Of a stretch of 64,000 nt of DNA, positions 1-12,873 are shown piece by piece. Position numbers and translations under genes: made by a program. This stretch comes from Macrostomum lignano (lineage: Eukaryota). The DNA lies in contig NIVC01001673.1 of assembly GCA_002269645.1 (NCBI GenBank), forward strand, positions 186,001 to 250,000, in the 5' to 3' direction. The number at the start of each line of letters is the position of its first letter. The stretch's first letter is position 1. The notes beneath the pieces are model-generated. The model was not told where the DNA came from, ran no database searches, and saw only the letters and a program-made list of their open reading frames with translations.

Positions 1-70
1 AAATTAGAGAATATCATTGTTGCAAATTAGAGAATGTCATTGTTGCAAATTAGAGAATGTCATTGTTGCA
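1..70. repeat. 23-bp tandem repeat (aaattagagaatgtcattgttgc), about 3 units, cut by the window edge
   Basis: Seen directly. Only about one unit is present in the mirror at 49546-49575. Confidence 0.85.
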
Positions 71-542
71 AATGAAGACTAACTTTTCAGTGGAAAATGA
101 CCAACTTGAAACTATTGCAACCGTATATCGCGCAAAAGACACCAATGTTTCATTTTTAAAGAAATTTGAAAGTCTTATTTTGAAAAAGGCTTCAGTGGAG
201 CAGGTGTAGGTGCAATGCTTTGTCTTATTTATATTTAAACTGTTATTGACAGCAAAGCTGCGCTAACTCGGAGCCAGCAGTTCGTTGCCATTAGTGCCAA
301 TGCGCTACTGCAGTGAGTGACTTAGAAGTAAGTAGAAAGTTTCTACAAAACTGTAGATGCATAAAGTGTCAAAACTGACATGCAGACAAGAAAGTGCCGG
401 GAGAGTCAAGTTAAACATTAGCCTGTATTATTAGTGCATGGAACTTCACAACACAGCAGAATATGCGCTGCACAAGTAGCAGTTTATTCGATTGGTTCAT
501 TCAGTCAAAAGCCTTCGAGGCTACACGAGCCGCAGTTGCCTG

Positions 543-1479
543 TCAGTCGCTGAAGCAGCTTCCGGTTGCTTTGCCGCCCGCTGCACTGGCCGAAGACGGC
601 GCGGCTATCGCAGCGGCGGCAGCCACGGCCGCGGCAGCTGCAGCCGCCTGTCGCAGGTGATGGCGCTGCAGCGAGCAGTCCGGGCACCAGCAGTGCAGCG
701 GGTGCTGCTGGTACAGCAGGTGCGGTGGGAACAGGCCTCCGGCAAATGGATGCTGCTGCTGCTGCGAGTGCGTCGGCATCGCTGGCGGCTGCGGCAGCAG
801 CATCGCCGGGGTGGGAGTCGAAGGCATTGGTGTCGCTGACGTTGTTGGCGCTGGTGGCGGCGGCAGTGGCGCCGCTGTCACTGCGGGTGCCCCGGCTGCT
901 GCCGCTGGAGTCGTCAAGTCGGACGGCGAAGTTGGCGTCGACCGCGGTGACTCCCCAGTCCCGCCGCCGCTGCCGCCCCGGTGCTTGTAGACCTCTGACA
1001 GCAGCTTCTTCATCTCATCAAGCGAGCTCTGCAGCATCAGGATGTAGTTCTTGGCCAGCAGGAGGGTGGCGATCTTCGACAGCTTCTTCACTGACGGCCC
1101 CGTGGCGTACGGGATCACCTCCCGGAGGCCGTCCAGCGCCGAGTTCAGGTCGTGCATCCGCTTGCGCTCGCGGCTGTTGATTTTCAGCCTGACGGGGGTC
1201 CGGCGGCATGATATGATTGATATACATGTAAATACAGCATCTCGAATGATGCAGCATCAGACTCGAAGCTTCTCAGACTCACCTCAGCTCCCTGCCTTCG
1301 GTCTTCTTGCCACCTCCGCTCGCGCCGCCCGGCATCTCCTCGTCCCGGCGCTCCGCTGCCTCCTCCTCCTCTTTTTCGTCTTCGCCGGAGTGCGCAGGTT
1401 CGAGTCCGAGGCGCCGCAGCTGCTGCTTCTGCTGCTCGAATGCCTGCTGCAGGCTCGCTACCGCTGCGCGCCCAGCCAT
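543..1479 (-). CDS. Olig: Olig-class bHLH transcription factor, left copy; exons 1479-1283 and 1188-543
   Basis: Splicing out a 94-bp GT-AG intron gives [55 protein letters not shown], close to the OLIG2/3 bHLH. The C-terminal CWCPDC resembles the CxCxxC motif of Olig/Beta3 proteins. Confidence 0.9.
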
Positions 1480-3034
1480 TTGTGTTGCGGATTGTCGGGA
1501 CTTCTGAAGCACAAGCTAGTTCTAAGCAGTGTCTCAGCCCTGCCGATCTCAACCAGTTGTTCCGGTTGGGGCCGTATAAATTGGCTCTCGGTTTGAGTCC
1601 GGGAGAGTCGGGCCCTCTCAGCCAATAGGAGAGCCCCGACTTGATTGCGGCTGCGGATCGAATCCCGGGCGTCCCCGAGACCAGCGGCCAAGCCGCAAGG
1701 GGATCTGCGGTAGAGCTCAGAGTCCGCTCCCTTTTAGCCATTTGAAAAAAACAATAACTAAACTGAAATATTTTTGCACTGGTGGAAATGTTTTTGATGC
1801 AAAAAATTATTTAATAAACAGCTTAAGCCAGATTACTCTGAATCAACTGCAGTCCCAATCTGCATGCACAATGGGAATTTGAACACGAGTTGGCTCTCCA
1901 GATTCTCTTTCTCAAGACTTCCACGAGGTTCAGGTGGGTGCCCAATCTCCCATCTGGGTCGGCGGTCCATGCGGGGCGGCAGGCGGTGCCTTGTCCAGGG
2001 AGGAAGAGGATTATCCAACTGTTCCTAATCTCCTATTCGACTTTTTGACCGGTCTTTCGAACCGGAGTGGGGGGTAGAGGATTAAGTGCCTCCCCGTTTA
2101 ATAGAGGGTAGTCAACAGCTCACCTGCAGCGGTGCCGCGCCTTTATTAGAGAAAATCTCTCCGGGCTGTCTTGGCCGCGGCCCGCTCTGCTCAGGAGGCG
2201 GCAGAGATCTCAGGCCCCGCGGGACCGGGCCGGTCGGAATCGCCCGACTTTACCGTCCTCGAGCTCGGCTGATCGATTGATCCACGCCCGAGCTCAGCTG
2301 GGATCGGCCTCTAAGCTGCTGGGCTGGGCGCGAGTCAATCACCCGAGCGCCATTGTCTCTGCCGGCATTCATCTCGCGGCTTAATCACCCCAGGAAAGAA
2401 GGAGCTCAGAAAATCCGATGTCTGCAAGCTCACCAGAAAATGGGTGCTCAGCCACTTGCCGAGTAGGGGCTCAGGTTGGCAGAAGACTGAGTCCGAACCT
2501 TGCTACTAAGCAACAATGTGGAGATCCACGTGTGCGCTTTCACCAGGATTCAACGGAACAGGGTGAAAATTCATTGTTGGCTTGTGGCTCACCAACTGCC
2601 GCGCCCAAAAACACCGCGGACGCTGACACCTGCCGGGTACCTGCTGTATGACTCTTAGATGTCAGCCATTGCATCGGAATTAGATTTTAACCCTGACAGC
2701 TTTGACTGTGTCAAATTTGTTAATACCCAAATGGCTTAGACTTGATTCGTCCGTTCGTAATAGGGGTTGATGGTTAATTGCTGTGTTTTTGCTCCGTTAC
2801 TGTAAGCAGATGGTCAGAGTTGCTTGCAATCGCTTTGTTCAAGTAAAAGTAAAACCAGCCACACACAATGAACACTGGTTCCTAAAATTCAGTTGGCAAC
2901 TGAAGTAAATTAAAACCGGGAAACCTGCTGTTGCGAAGTCCTCACAGCGGGGAGCCATCCAAAACTGCCATTACGGGATGGAGAACTGACCGTCTGCTCT
3001 GGGAGCGGAGCCTTTAAGTCTAGAGATCGTTGAA

Positions 3035-3062
3035 TCAGACAGGCGGACAGACACAGACACAC

Positions 3063-3125
<63 letters not shown>

Positions 3126-3138
3126 CACAGACAGACAC

Positions 3139-3229
<91 letters not shown>

Positions 3230-3254
3230 CACAGACAGACACACAGACAGACAC

Positions 3255-3297
<43 letters not shown>

Positions 3298-3338
3298 AAC
3301 AGACAGACAGGCAGACAGACAGACACACAGACAGACAC

Positions 3339-3394
<56 letters not shown>
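3035..3394. repeat. (GACA)n microsatellite with CACA/AACA variants
   Basis: Seen directly. The mirror at 46418-46620 is shorter. Confidence 0.98.
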
Positions 3395-3395
<1 letters not shown>

Positions 3396-3802
3396 CCGCT
3401 ATACGGGCAGTCAAAAGAGCCACAAGTTGCAAGCACTTTACCCCTTTCAGCACTATTACTAAGACATTGCTAAACTGTTTACGCAACTGCTTGAGAGACA
3501 GAGAACGAGATCGCCAGCTCGAGATAAGCAGCCAACAGAAGCATCTTTTCTGACCAAAAACTCTTTTAAACCTTGCAGCAATGGTGCCAAATTTCACTGA
3601 TGCAGTGCAAATTTCTACATGGCTGCAGAGCTGTTTGTTTATAGTGAATTCGCTCCAACAGCCAGTGGGGTGCCTATGGAATATATTGTACTCGTGAATA
3701 TGCATGTCCGCGAGTGCGGCAATTTAGCGTATAAAAGTGGTCACAAGAATGTCGACGCGCTAGGGCTTACGCACCTGAGCCGAGGTGTTGCTGCAAGCAA
3801 CC

Positions 3803-5457
3803 ATGCGGCCCGTTCTGAGCCTGGCGCTCTGCCTCTGCTGCTGCGCGCTCGCCGAGTGCCAGAGACGCCGCGTCGAGGAGCTGCCGCGGCTGCTGTTCCG
3901 CCCGAACTTCACCCAGTACTCGGGCTACCTGACCTCCAGCAGCGGCAGCGGCGGCAGCCGGCGCCTCTTCTACTGGCTGGTCGAGAGCTCCCACGTGGAC
4001 GCCGCGACGGCTCCGCTCGTGCTGTGGATGAACGGCGGTCCCGGCTGCTCCTCGGTCGGCGGCCTGCTCATGACGAACGGGCCGTTCCTGGCGAACGACC
4101 GCGCCGAGCTGGAGCGCAACGACTTCGCGTGGAACCGGCTGGCCAACGTGCTGTACATCGACTCGCCCAGCGGTGTCGGCCTGAGCGAGCCCGGACCCAC
4201 CGACCCGACCGAGCTCAACGATAACGCGACCACGCGGCTGAACCTGGGAGCGCTGCTCCACTTCTACAGCCTGTTCCCCGAGTACCGAGGCCGGGCCTTC
4301 TACATCGCGGAAGAGAGCTACGCGGGGATCTACATCCCGCTGCTGGCCAGCGCCATCATCGACGGCGGGCATTGGCCCAGCCTCATCAACCTGAAGGGCA
4401 TCGCCGTGGGCAACGGTCTGCACGTTGCAATCAACCACTTTGACATGTCGCCGTATCGCGAAGCAGTCACGAAAGCGCTGGGCATTCGGTCTGATGAGGT
4501 CAACCTCATCGATCTGGTGAGTTCCGGCAATTAATTCCAGCAGTTAATTCGGGACTCGTGCACGGAAACTGACTCGGAGATTGCTTTGAGATTCGCGCCT
4601 ATGAGGGCCAACCCTTGTGGGCGCGGACCATGACAATGCACCCTTGTCGAGTGTGCGCCTCCGTACGTATCCGTATGAGTGCTCAGGGCTTAGCGGGATG
4701 AGCATGACTGCTGCCTTCCTTACTGGCTACAGTTGGGCTCTCACAGATGCCCCTCTGCGAGCTGGCTGACTGGCTAAGCCTACCGATGCACCCGCAGAGC
4801 TCGGAGGCGGCACAAGTGAACCCTTACAACCTGGCGCAGCCCTGCTTCTTGAGCAGCGAAAGTGGCGGCTACCCCTGCTCAAACACGACGGGCCTGAGCA
4901 GCTTCATGGCTGACATCAGAGTGCAGAGAGCTCTTGGCGTGAGCGGCCAGGTGAACTACAGCTTGTGCAATGTCCTGATAACCGGACACTATCAAAGAAG
5001 AAACAAAGATGTTCTGCAGCAGCTGGTGACAGCTGCCAGCAGCTGCGTGTCGGTGCTGCTGTACCACGGGGCCCTGGACTGGATGCTGCCTCTGGGGTGC
5101 ACGCAGCAGCTGCTGGACCGGCTGCCCGTGGATCCGTTGCGCGAGGGCGAGGGCGCCTGGTTCTACTCGATGCGGGCGCCGGGCTACGGACTGCAGATCG
5201 GAGGCGTCCAGAGGTCCTACCTGGGCGGCCGGATCAGGTACCGGACGGTGATCGGTGCCGGACACTCCGTGGCGACTGAGCGGCCGGAGATTGGACTGCA
5301 GCTGCTGCAGGACCTGCTGGCTGCGGACGCGAAGGCCTGCACTCCCATTGAGCCGGAGCTCCCGTCCGGTGCGTCGTTGCCGCTTGGGTGTCTAGGTGGC
5401 AGCGCGCTGATTCTCCAAGTTCTGCTGGTGCTGCTCAGTCAGCTGATGAGTCATTGA
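3803..5457 (+). CDS. Serine carboxypeptidase 1 (peptidase S10, cathepsin A-like), left copy; exons 3803-4516 and 4798-5457
   Basis: Signal peptide MRPVLSLALCLCCCALA and motifs YSGYL, LFYWLVES, LWMNGGPGCSS, NVLYIDSPSGVG, nucleophile loop AEESYAG (canonical GESYAG), GALD (Asp), GAGHSV (His). Phase-0 intron 4517-4797. Hydrophobic C-terminal tail. Confidence 0.9.
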
Positions 5458-5706
5458 AACTGGGCAGCCCTGACCGACTGGCTGACACTTCTATTGGACA
5501 GCGCTGTCCGAAATCTTTGCAGTAGAAAATTTGCACTTGACTGAAAGCAATAAATAAAAATTATTTTTTTATTCAAACAGGGCGGCTATTTGGGAGGTTA
5601 TTTGGGAGGCTAATGTTTGTGGATGAGCGCTATTTGCGTTAATGAAGCGTGGTTTAATCTGATGAGGCATTAGTGGATTTGATGAGGGGCATTTTTCTTA
5701 CACGAT

Positions 5707-5963
5707 CGCCATTTTGTTTGAAAGGGCGAATTTTGTTAGAATCGGCGCAAATTTGTTTGAATTGACGCCATTTTGTTTAAAAGGGCGAATTTTGTTAGAA
5801 TCGGCGCAAAGTTGTTTGAATTGACGCCATTTTTTTAAAAGGGCGAATTTTGTTAGAATCGGCGCAAATTTGTTTGAATTGACACCATTTTGTTTAAAAG
5901 GGCGAATTTTGTTAGAATCGGCGCAAATTTGTTTGAATTGACGCCATTTTGTTTAAAAGGGCG
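5707..5963. repeat. ~60-bp tandem repeat, about 4.3 units (about 2.3 units at 43961-44100)
   Basis: Unit cgccattttgtttgaaagggcgaattttgttagaatcggcgcaaatttgtttgaattga seen directly. Confidence 0.9.
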
Positions 5964-6340
5964 CTGACGTCAACGGCACCATATACTTTTGCCAGCCCGC
6001 TGTCAAAGCCCCTGAGTCCAGATGTTGGCCTGCCTCACCTGTAACCTAACTGCATGGATCCCATAGTTCTGGTTAGCTTAAAGTCGGTGTTGGCCCTGAG
6101 CGCAAAAGAATTTACCCTTAAACATCGGTTTTCTAAATTAAGTTAATTCAGGGCGTGACGTGGCTGCAAATTGAAATACCAATTAAAAAGTGCAGGCTTT
6201 TCGCGCTCAATCGCCTACTAATGAGTAGTAAGAAAATATTTGTAGCGAATCATCTGAAAATGCGTGCATAGATTGTTGAATAGAACTTTTAACTGGTGTG
6301 CGATGAGTTTGCAGCTCAGTTAGGTAATCTCTTGTTGCCA

Positions 6341-6737
6341 AAGCCTGAATCCATTTCTGAAGCCTGAATCCATTCCTGAAGCCTGAATCCGTTCCCGAAG
6401 CCTGAATCCATTCCTGAAGCCTGAATCCATTCCTGAAGCCTGAATCCGTTCTCGAAGCCTGAATCCATTCATGAAGCCTGAATCCATTCATGAAGCCTGA
6501 ATCCGTTCCCGAAGCCTGAATCCGTTCCCGAAGCCTGAATCCGTTCCTGAAGCCTGAATCCGTTCCTGAAGCCTGAATCCATTCCTGAAGCCTGAATCCA
6601 TTCCTGAAGCCTGAATCCGTTCTCGAAGCCTGAATCCATTCATGAAGCCTGAATCCGTTCCCGAAGCCTGAATCCATTCCCGAAGCCTGAATCCATTCCT
6701 GAAGCCTGAATCCGTTCCCGAAGCCTGAATCCATTCA
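6341..6737. repeat. 19-bp minisatellite (gaagcctgaatccattcct), about 21 units
   Basis: Seen directly; explains ORFs 6207-6734 and 6488-6793. Confidence 0.97.
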
Positions 6738-8948
6738 GGGGCAATACTCTCTATATTTATGCAAGTTGTACTAGCGATGTACATAGAGAGCAAACGTACA
6801 TTAAAGCGATACCATTGCTAGCAAAGTAGCAAAGTAGCAAAGTCGCAAAATCTGCGTAATAGTTCAATAACTGCCAATAAGGCAAGGCATAAAACAATTC
6901 TACACTCTCGAAGTTTTAATTCCAAAAGTCAGCAAGCGGACCAATCTTCGGGAACCCGTTCTGGTCGACATTCTGGGCTCGGTGTTGCCGGCTGTGCAGG
7001 AAAGGCTCTGTAGAAGTCAGGCTTGTCTCACCCATAAGCTACAAAAACATTATCACTGACTAATATTCCCAAGTGCCGCACCCAACTCAAAGCACTGCAT
7101 AGCTGAGTTTCCAAATGCGCAGTTGCCAGATTTTGTTGCCTTAAAAAAATTCTTTCAACTTTTGGCTTCAAGTGCTACACTCCACGCTCTGATATCAATG
7201 CAATTCCCTAATTTCCTAACCTAAACCTAAGTCCTATTCCTAATTGTTCCTACGATAGTCCCTAAATGACAGTTGATTATCATCCTTATACATCTTCATC
7301 TTCACCATGAGTGAGTTGCCAGAGCTGCGATATTTGGTGAGTGGGCTATACTGGTTGTCGCGGTGCTGGTGAAAAGTCTCAAGCGTCTCGCAGGGTGAGC
7401 TGCGAAGTTGGAGTACAACGGAATGGCGCTGGAATGGTTTCTGTCAGTAGCTGGGCTCCCCGGATTGCGGCCGATTGTCGGCGATGCCGATAGGCAGAGG
7501 ACCCTTTCTAATCCTTCAGCATGCCTTTTTTAGAACTAATTAGCACATTTCACGGCTCCTGCACCGATATCTATTCTTTGAGGGTTCACGTCACGTCTCT
7601 TATTTACAGGGGAGATTTCCCAGTGCAGGATTTCAGTTATAAAACTATGCAAATCGGTTAAAGCAGTCTGATTTTTCGATGATCAGCGCAATAAGTGACA
7701 ATATTGTGATGATAAACAAGCTTTATCAAAGAGGATGCAGAATAACAAGCAACTGGGGGGGGGGCTGCTGAGGAGCCTCAGGGGTACGACAAACTAGCCG
7801 AAACCAATTTTTTGTTTGAAAAATTGTTAGAATCATAAGAGAATGACTTTGAAAACAATGATAAAAACAGGATACTTCACTGATAGGTAAAATCCATATC
7901 AAAATCAAAAGCAGAAACGGCCCACTCTTAGAAAGAGTTAGATAAACATCAGCCATTGTGAAGCGTTTGTTGAGAGTCAGGGCCAGTTGGGGTATGTTGG
8001 GGTCAGAGAGTACTCACTGAACAACTTTGAAGGACCAATTAACGCGAATAATCTTACAAAACAAAAGGGAAGCAGAGGTAACGTTCTGTAGTGTACCTTT
8101 AATATAAAGTTACCGAGGGTGTTCCGTCATTATAGACCAATACACAACCAAAATTAGAAAATAACTTGTTTCGTCCGGGTGGATTGAAAATACGGAAACC
8201 TTTCAAAGTTGGTCTCTAAACTAACATCGAATCCTCAACAGAACAGAGCAAAATGTATTTGAACAGAACAATGAATGAAACTCAAACTTTTGGAAATGAA
8301 GATATTGGAATAATCACAGGTAATAAAATATACACAAAATGACCCCCATTAAATAAAAAATCCAGATCCTGGATTCCGGATTCCAGATGGATTTCCACTC
8401 CAGCTTGCTCTGTTAAAGACTCCTTGACAGTAAGGCTGCGGTAGAATAGCTGCGGGTACATGAAGTATGTGCTGCAACTGCCTTTAAAGGGATGTCAGCA
8501 GCGTAAGCGCTGGAATGGAACCCAAAGCACGGCAGCGGACCAGAGCGTCTGGAATAGATATCTGGCTTAGCTGACCGGACCAGTCGACTAGGAACGCCGA
8601 GACATCCCAGTCTAACCGCCTGCTTAGTGTGAACCGACTTGGCGTTCATCTTAGCATGTTTTTAACTGAATGAATTGCAGTTCTAAGCAAAATAGGGAAT
8701 AAAGCTCAAAAGCTGGGTAGGATGGCTCGGCGTTTCTAGTCAACTTGTTTGACCGGCTATTGATTCCAGTTGGTTTGGTCGGATAAAAATATCTACGTGG
8801 AAATATTCATAAGCATCTCTTGTTCAAAAAAATTATTGAAAAATGAATGATTCAAAGTTGTAAAACGATGGAATTTTGCAGCTGTTCAAACTCGCAGGAT
8901 TACTCGGTCGTAGCACCAAGCAATTCTTGCTAGGAAACCCAACACCGG

Positions 8949-11900
8949 TCAGTTTAGAAAACGTTTGTATTTTTCTTCAAGCCATGGCGGTACGTCACCC
9001 AGTACCTTGGAACTTCTTCTCCGCAACATCCTCAGCAGTTGCAGATCTTCGCAACTCTCCACAGCCACAACCAGCTCCTGTTCATCAGCATCTTCTCTTT
9101 CCGCAACATCTCGAATCCAGTCTCGGGTGATCGCGTCCATCGGCTCTTCTAGCTCTAGTCGGAGAGCATGGAACAGGGCTTCAAAGTTCATGTACTGTAA
9201 GCCGATGTAATGCTTAACAACTAGAGGAAATACATTGGCAATATTTTTATTTCTAAAAGGAAAAATCGGACGCCGATTAGTGCGAAAGCAAAGCTTCAAA
9301 ACAGAGTCTTGACTCTTCAGGTGCTGCAAAACGAACTCCACAGTCGCTTCGCTGGCTGATCTTTCAGCCGGCCAATCAATGCCTCTACTTGCGCTGAAGC
9401 CCTTGAGACTTTTCAAAATATCCGCTGCAGCGTCTCTTTTACCCAACTGAAGGCAAATAATTGCTCTGACAGACTCTCGCGCTGATCGAGCACAGTCTGG
9501 GAGCTTGTCAATCAAATCCATGAGAGACTCTGCATTGCCGTCCACAGCTGGCAGACGACGCATGGCTTCCAACAGCACGTCATAAATCTCATGGTACTCG
9601 CACTTGGTGGCGCTTGAAACACGCGTGCTATGATGAGCTGGAAGTAGCGAAAGAATTAGGAATGGATTGAAGTAAAATCGACCGAATTCATTGATTGGTT
9701 GCAGACTGTCCTTGAAATAAATTAGCAGCTCAGGCAGCCTAGCGACAATGTCCTTCGCTGCACTTGATGCTTGGTGCAGTGATTCCCGCACACTGTCGGC
9801 TGAGTTTGGGTCCGCGCCTTTTAGGTAGACAGCTGCATCGCTCAAGAAGAAGTGGTCCATAATCCGACAATCCAAATAGCCTGACCTACAGGCGTTCTCA
9901 ACACTGTCAATCAAAATCTGCAGCGAACGTCTCGTGAGATTCACCAGGTTCTCTGATTTCCACTGATCAGGTGGCGTCTCTTCTAGCATACGGAACGTGA
10001 TTGTCTTTGCATGATACGTCCTGAAGCCATTGTGGCAGATTGCCTTTTTGAGTAGCCACTTCAGAATGACAAACATTTGACCCTGTAGAGTGGTCAGATT
10101 TCGTAACAGCCGCCTCTCAAGGAAGCTGGTGCTCACTCGAAGCTGCTCACCGGCCTTACCAGGGGGAGCTGCGTGCACTATGTGACAGGGTGACGAGGCT
10201 GAAGTAACATCGCGCTGGATCGACTGCAGCACGGCTGGGAAGATGTTGGACTTCGCAACTCTGTCTGGCTGCAGTGGAGCAATAGGCGGGTAGCGGCAGA
10301 GGCGATGCGCCGGCACCTCGTCCAAAGTCGGCCTCTGGTTGAACCCCAGATATGAGCGGGCTGGATTCGACGCTGAAATTTTTGGATTGTACTGCTTAGG
10401 TATGTATGCTTGTATGTATGCTTGTCTGATTAATGCTCTATTTCAAAACAATGTAGTAGCGGAGAAAGTGACATCAGCACTCTTACCAAATCCAGAGCAC
10501 AAAATGTGCCCCTTGCAGTACTCTACTGTCCGCTCACTTCTGTCAGCGCACTCGCAAAAGTCTTTCAGGTGAAAGGGTTTTCCATGAGTGAGCCACATCA
10601 CATCAACGTCAGAGTCGAAGTCAGTTCTGCCATCCAGAGTGACCAGGCTGTTGCCCCAGCCTTCAGCGAAGCTGCCTACGACAAAGTACTCGTCCGTATG
10701 ATATCTTTTAAAAAGAATATCTTGAAGAAAATCTGCGGTCGAGCTTTGAAAAACAGCACGGGATTGCACGAAACCCGATTTAGACAGGGCTAAGTGAAGC
10801 AGCTGGCTTAGTTCCTCATCACTGTGCGTCTGTCTGTAGGATGAAAGCAGTGGTAATATATGTTTCACATGCGCTCGAAAATCGGGCCGTTAAGATAAAG
10901 AATTTTAAGTCAGTAGCTCGTAGATGACATGCAGTTTGCACATCGACAAACATCCAGCGAGGGGAAAGTAACTATGGACGTTCCTCGGACGGCACCTAAG
11001 CACGAGCACGCGCCCGAATATGTACTCAGGCACACACGCAGAGCTGTATATCTGCTCTCAGCATCGTCTGTATGTGTATTCTGAAGCTTGAGGGTCGGTC
11101 CACATGAGTGAAAATCGCACGAGCCTTCAGGCCAGCACCTGAGTCCTGAACCTGCGTAATATGGCCCATGCTGCGTGATGTAACCCAAGAAGTGAGCGCG
11201 AGGGTTGGATTCATTCTCCCTCCCAGCTACCCAAAAGTGATCAAATTAGCTATCGAAAATGCAGCACTTACTTTTCAACGTTTATTCCAGAGTCATCCAG
11301 TGACGTGGCAGCATGAAACAGTTCCACAACACGGTCATTCTCAAACTCTTCGGCACATCTCAGACCCTGTTTTAAATAGCTGGCTTGAATGCCATTACGA
11401 ATACAGAACTCGATAATTAACTTGACAGTCTGATAGTGATTGTTTTGTGAAGCAATATCTAAAGGTGTCTTTCCTGCGCCATTTGCACTGGTGACATCGG
11501 CTTGGGCTTTCAAGAGAGACTCGACTACTTGGTAATGCCCTTGCTGACACGCTGCGAATATCGGTGAGCAGCCTTTAGAATCTTGAAGATTTACGTCAGC
11601 TTTTCCTCTGATTAGTGAGTTCACCACCTTTAGATAACCCTGCTCTGAAGCGATGTATAGGGGCGAAAACCCATCAAAATCCTGAAGGTCGACATCAGCT
11701 TGTGCTTTAATGAGCAATTCTACTGCTTGATACCGATCCTCAAGCGAGGCAACGTACAGTGGCGTGGAGCCGATCACTGTTTGAAGATTTACTTCAGCTT
11801 GCGCTCTGACTAGCGACTCAATAACCTTGCAATGACCCTCCTGCGCCGCCATGTAAAGAGGAGAACAATAGGCAAGATCAATATCGGCTTGGGCTTTTAT

Positions 11901-12295
11901 GAGAAGCTTAGCCACTTGATGATGACCGTGCTGCGATGCTGCAAAAAGAGATGATTTTCCCTCACGTGTTTGAAGATTGACATCGACTTGTGCATGAATT
12001 AGTAGCTCGACAATTGAAAAAAAGCCTTGGTATGAAGCTAGATACAAAGCTGAGATGCCGTCGCTGTTTTGCCTATCCAAATCCACCTTTGCTTCAATTA
12101 ATATGATGAGGAGATCTGTCCTTTCTAAGTCGCATGCAATCATTGCCGGCGTAAAATGTTTACCTTTATACACAATAAATGGTCAACACATTTTCCGCCA
12201 GAAATAATACTTTGAACAGCGCCCGAGTTGTTGGAGGCCAGAGCTAAAATCAACTCATCTTCCGTGGGCTCTGCCGAAGGTTCGTTGCCCGGCAT
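8949..12295 (-). pseudogene. ANK-cGLR left copy, apparently disrupted (exons about 12295-11272, 10875-10487, 10372-8949)
   Basis: 1-nt deletion in a T run near 12178 (gaccatttatt vs gaccattttatt), and the exon-2 acceptor reads TTTTCG instead of TTTTAG (position 10877). Otherwise nearly identical protein. The homopolymer lesion could be sequencing error. Confidence 0.6.
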
Positions 12296-12873
12296 TTCAG
12301 CGGGTCACAGGTGTATGTATGGTTGCGGAGAGCTGCTATCTCGACGTTAAGTAACCATTGAGCTCTGGATTCTCTACTCCTGTCCGTATATTTATCATAT
12401 TTATATCCACCTACTGAAGCATGGGTACGAACAACTGCTAGCTACAAAAGGCAGTGATGCGAAAACAACAATAAGTGTGCAGCAGCCCAAACCGCCTGGG
12501 GTAGAAAGACCGAGACGAGAGTCATTAGAGAAGTGCATACAAGCTATCAGCCAGCGTTTAATAATGTTTTGCAACCGTTTGTGTGTCGGGTGAGCCTCAA
12601 CAACTACAATTGGGTGTTGAACTGCCCCACTCACATGCTGCCATAAACTGCCATATACTCGCGTACGCTTGCACTGACATAAAATGCGACTCCTTAAGAG
12701 ACTCTACTTTGGTATGCTAACTTATGGCCATTTCCATTATTCACCCAAGAAATCGTCATGCCTTCCAAAAAACCTAAAATTTAAATTCTTCAGAATGAGG
12801 AACGCAGAGTCCTTGTGAGACTTAATACTCCTAAAGGTATAAGTTGCTCAGCGCAATAGTAAGCGGTTCAATA

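Noticed and set aside
2910-3705. LSVC/RQTD ORFs here and at 22441-24757 and 46106-46823
   Set aside because: Translations of (GACA)n microsatellites.
3767-4438. Long antisense or alternate-frame ORFs over GC-rich exons (also 17561-18223, 44357-45031, 56468-57247, 57683-58345, 62204-62812)
   Set aside because: Shadows of high-GC codon usage over genuine coding sequence, with no motifs of their own.
6207-6793. MDSGFRNG.. repeat ORFs (also 43026-43724)
   Set aside because: Artefact of the 19-bp minisatellite.
7225-7255. Telomere-like cctaa/ttagg variants (mirror about 42478-42512)
   Set aside because: Only 5-6 degenerate units, too short to call an interstitial telomere or an element end.
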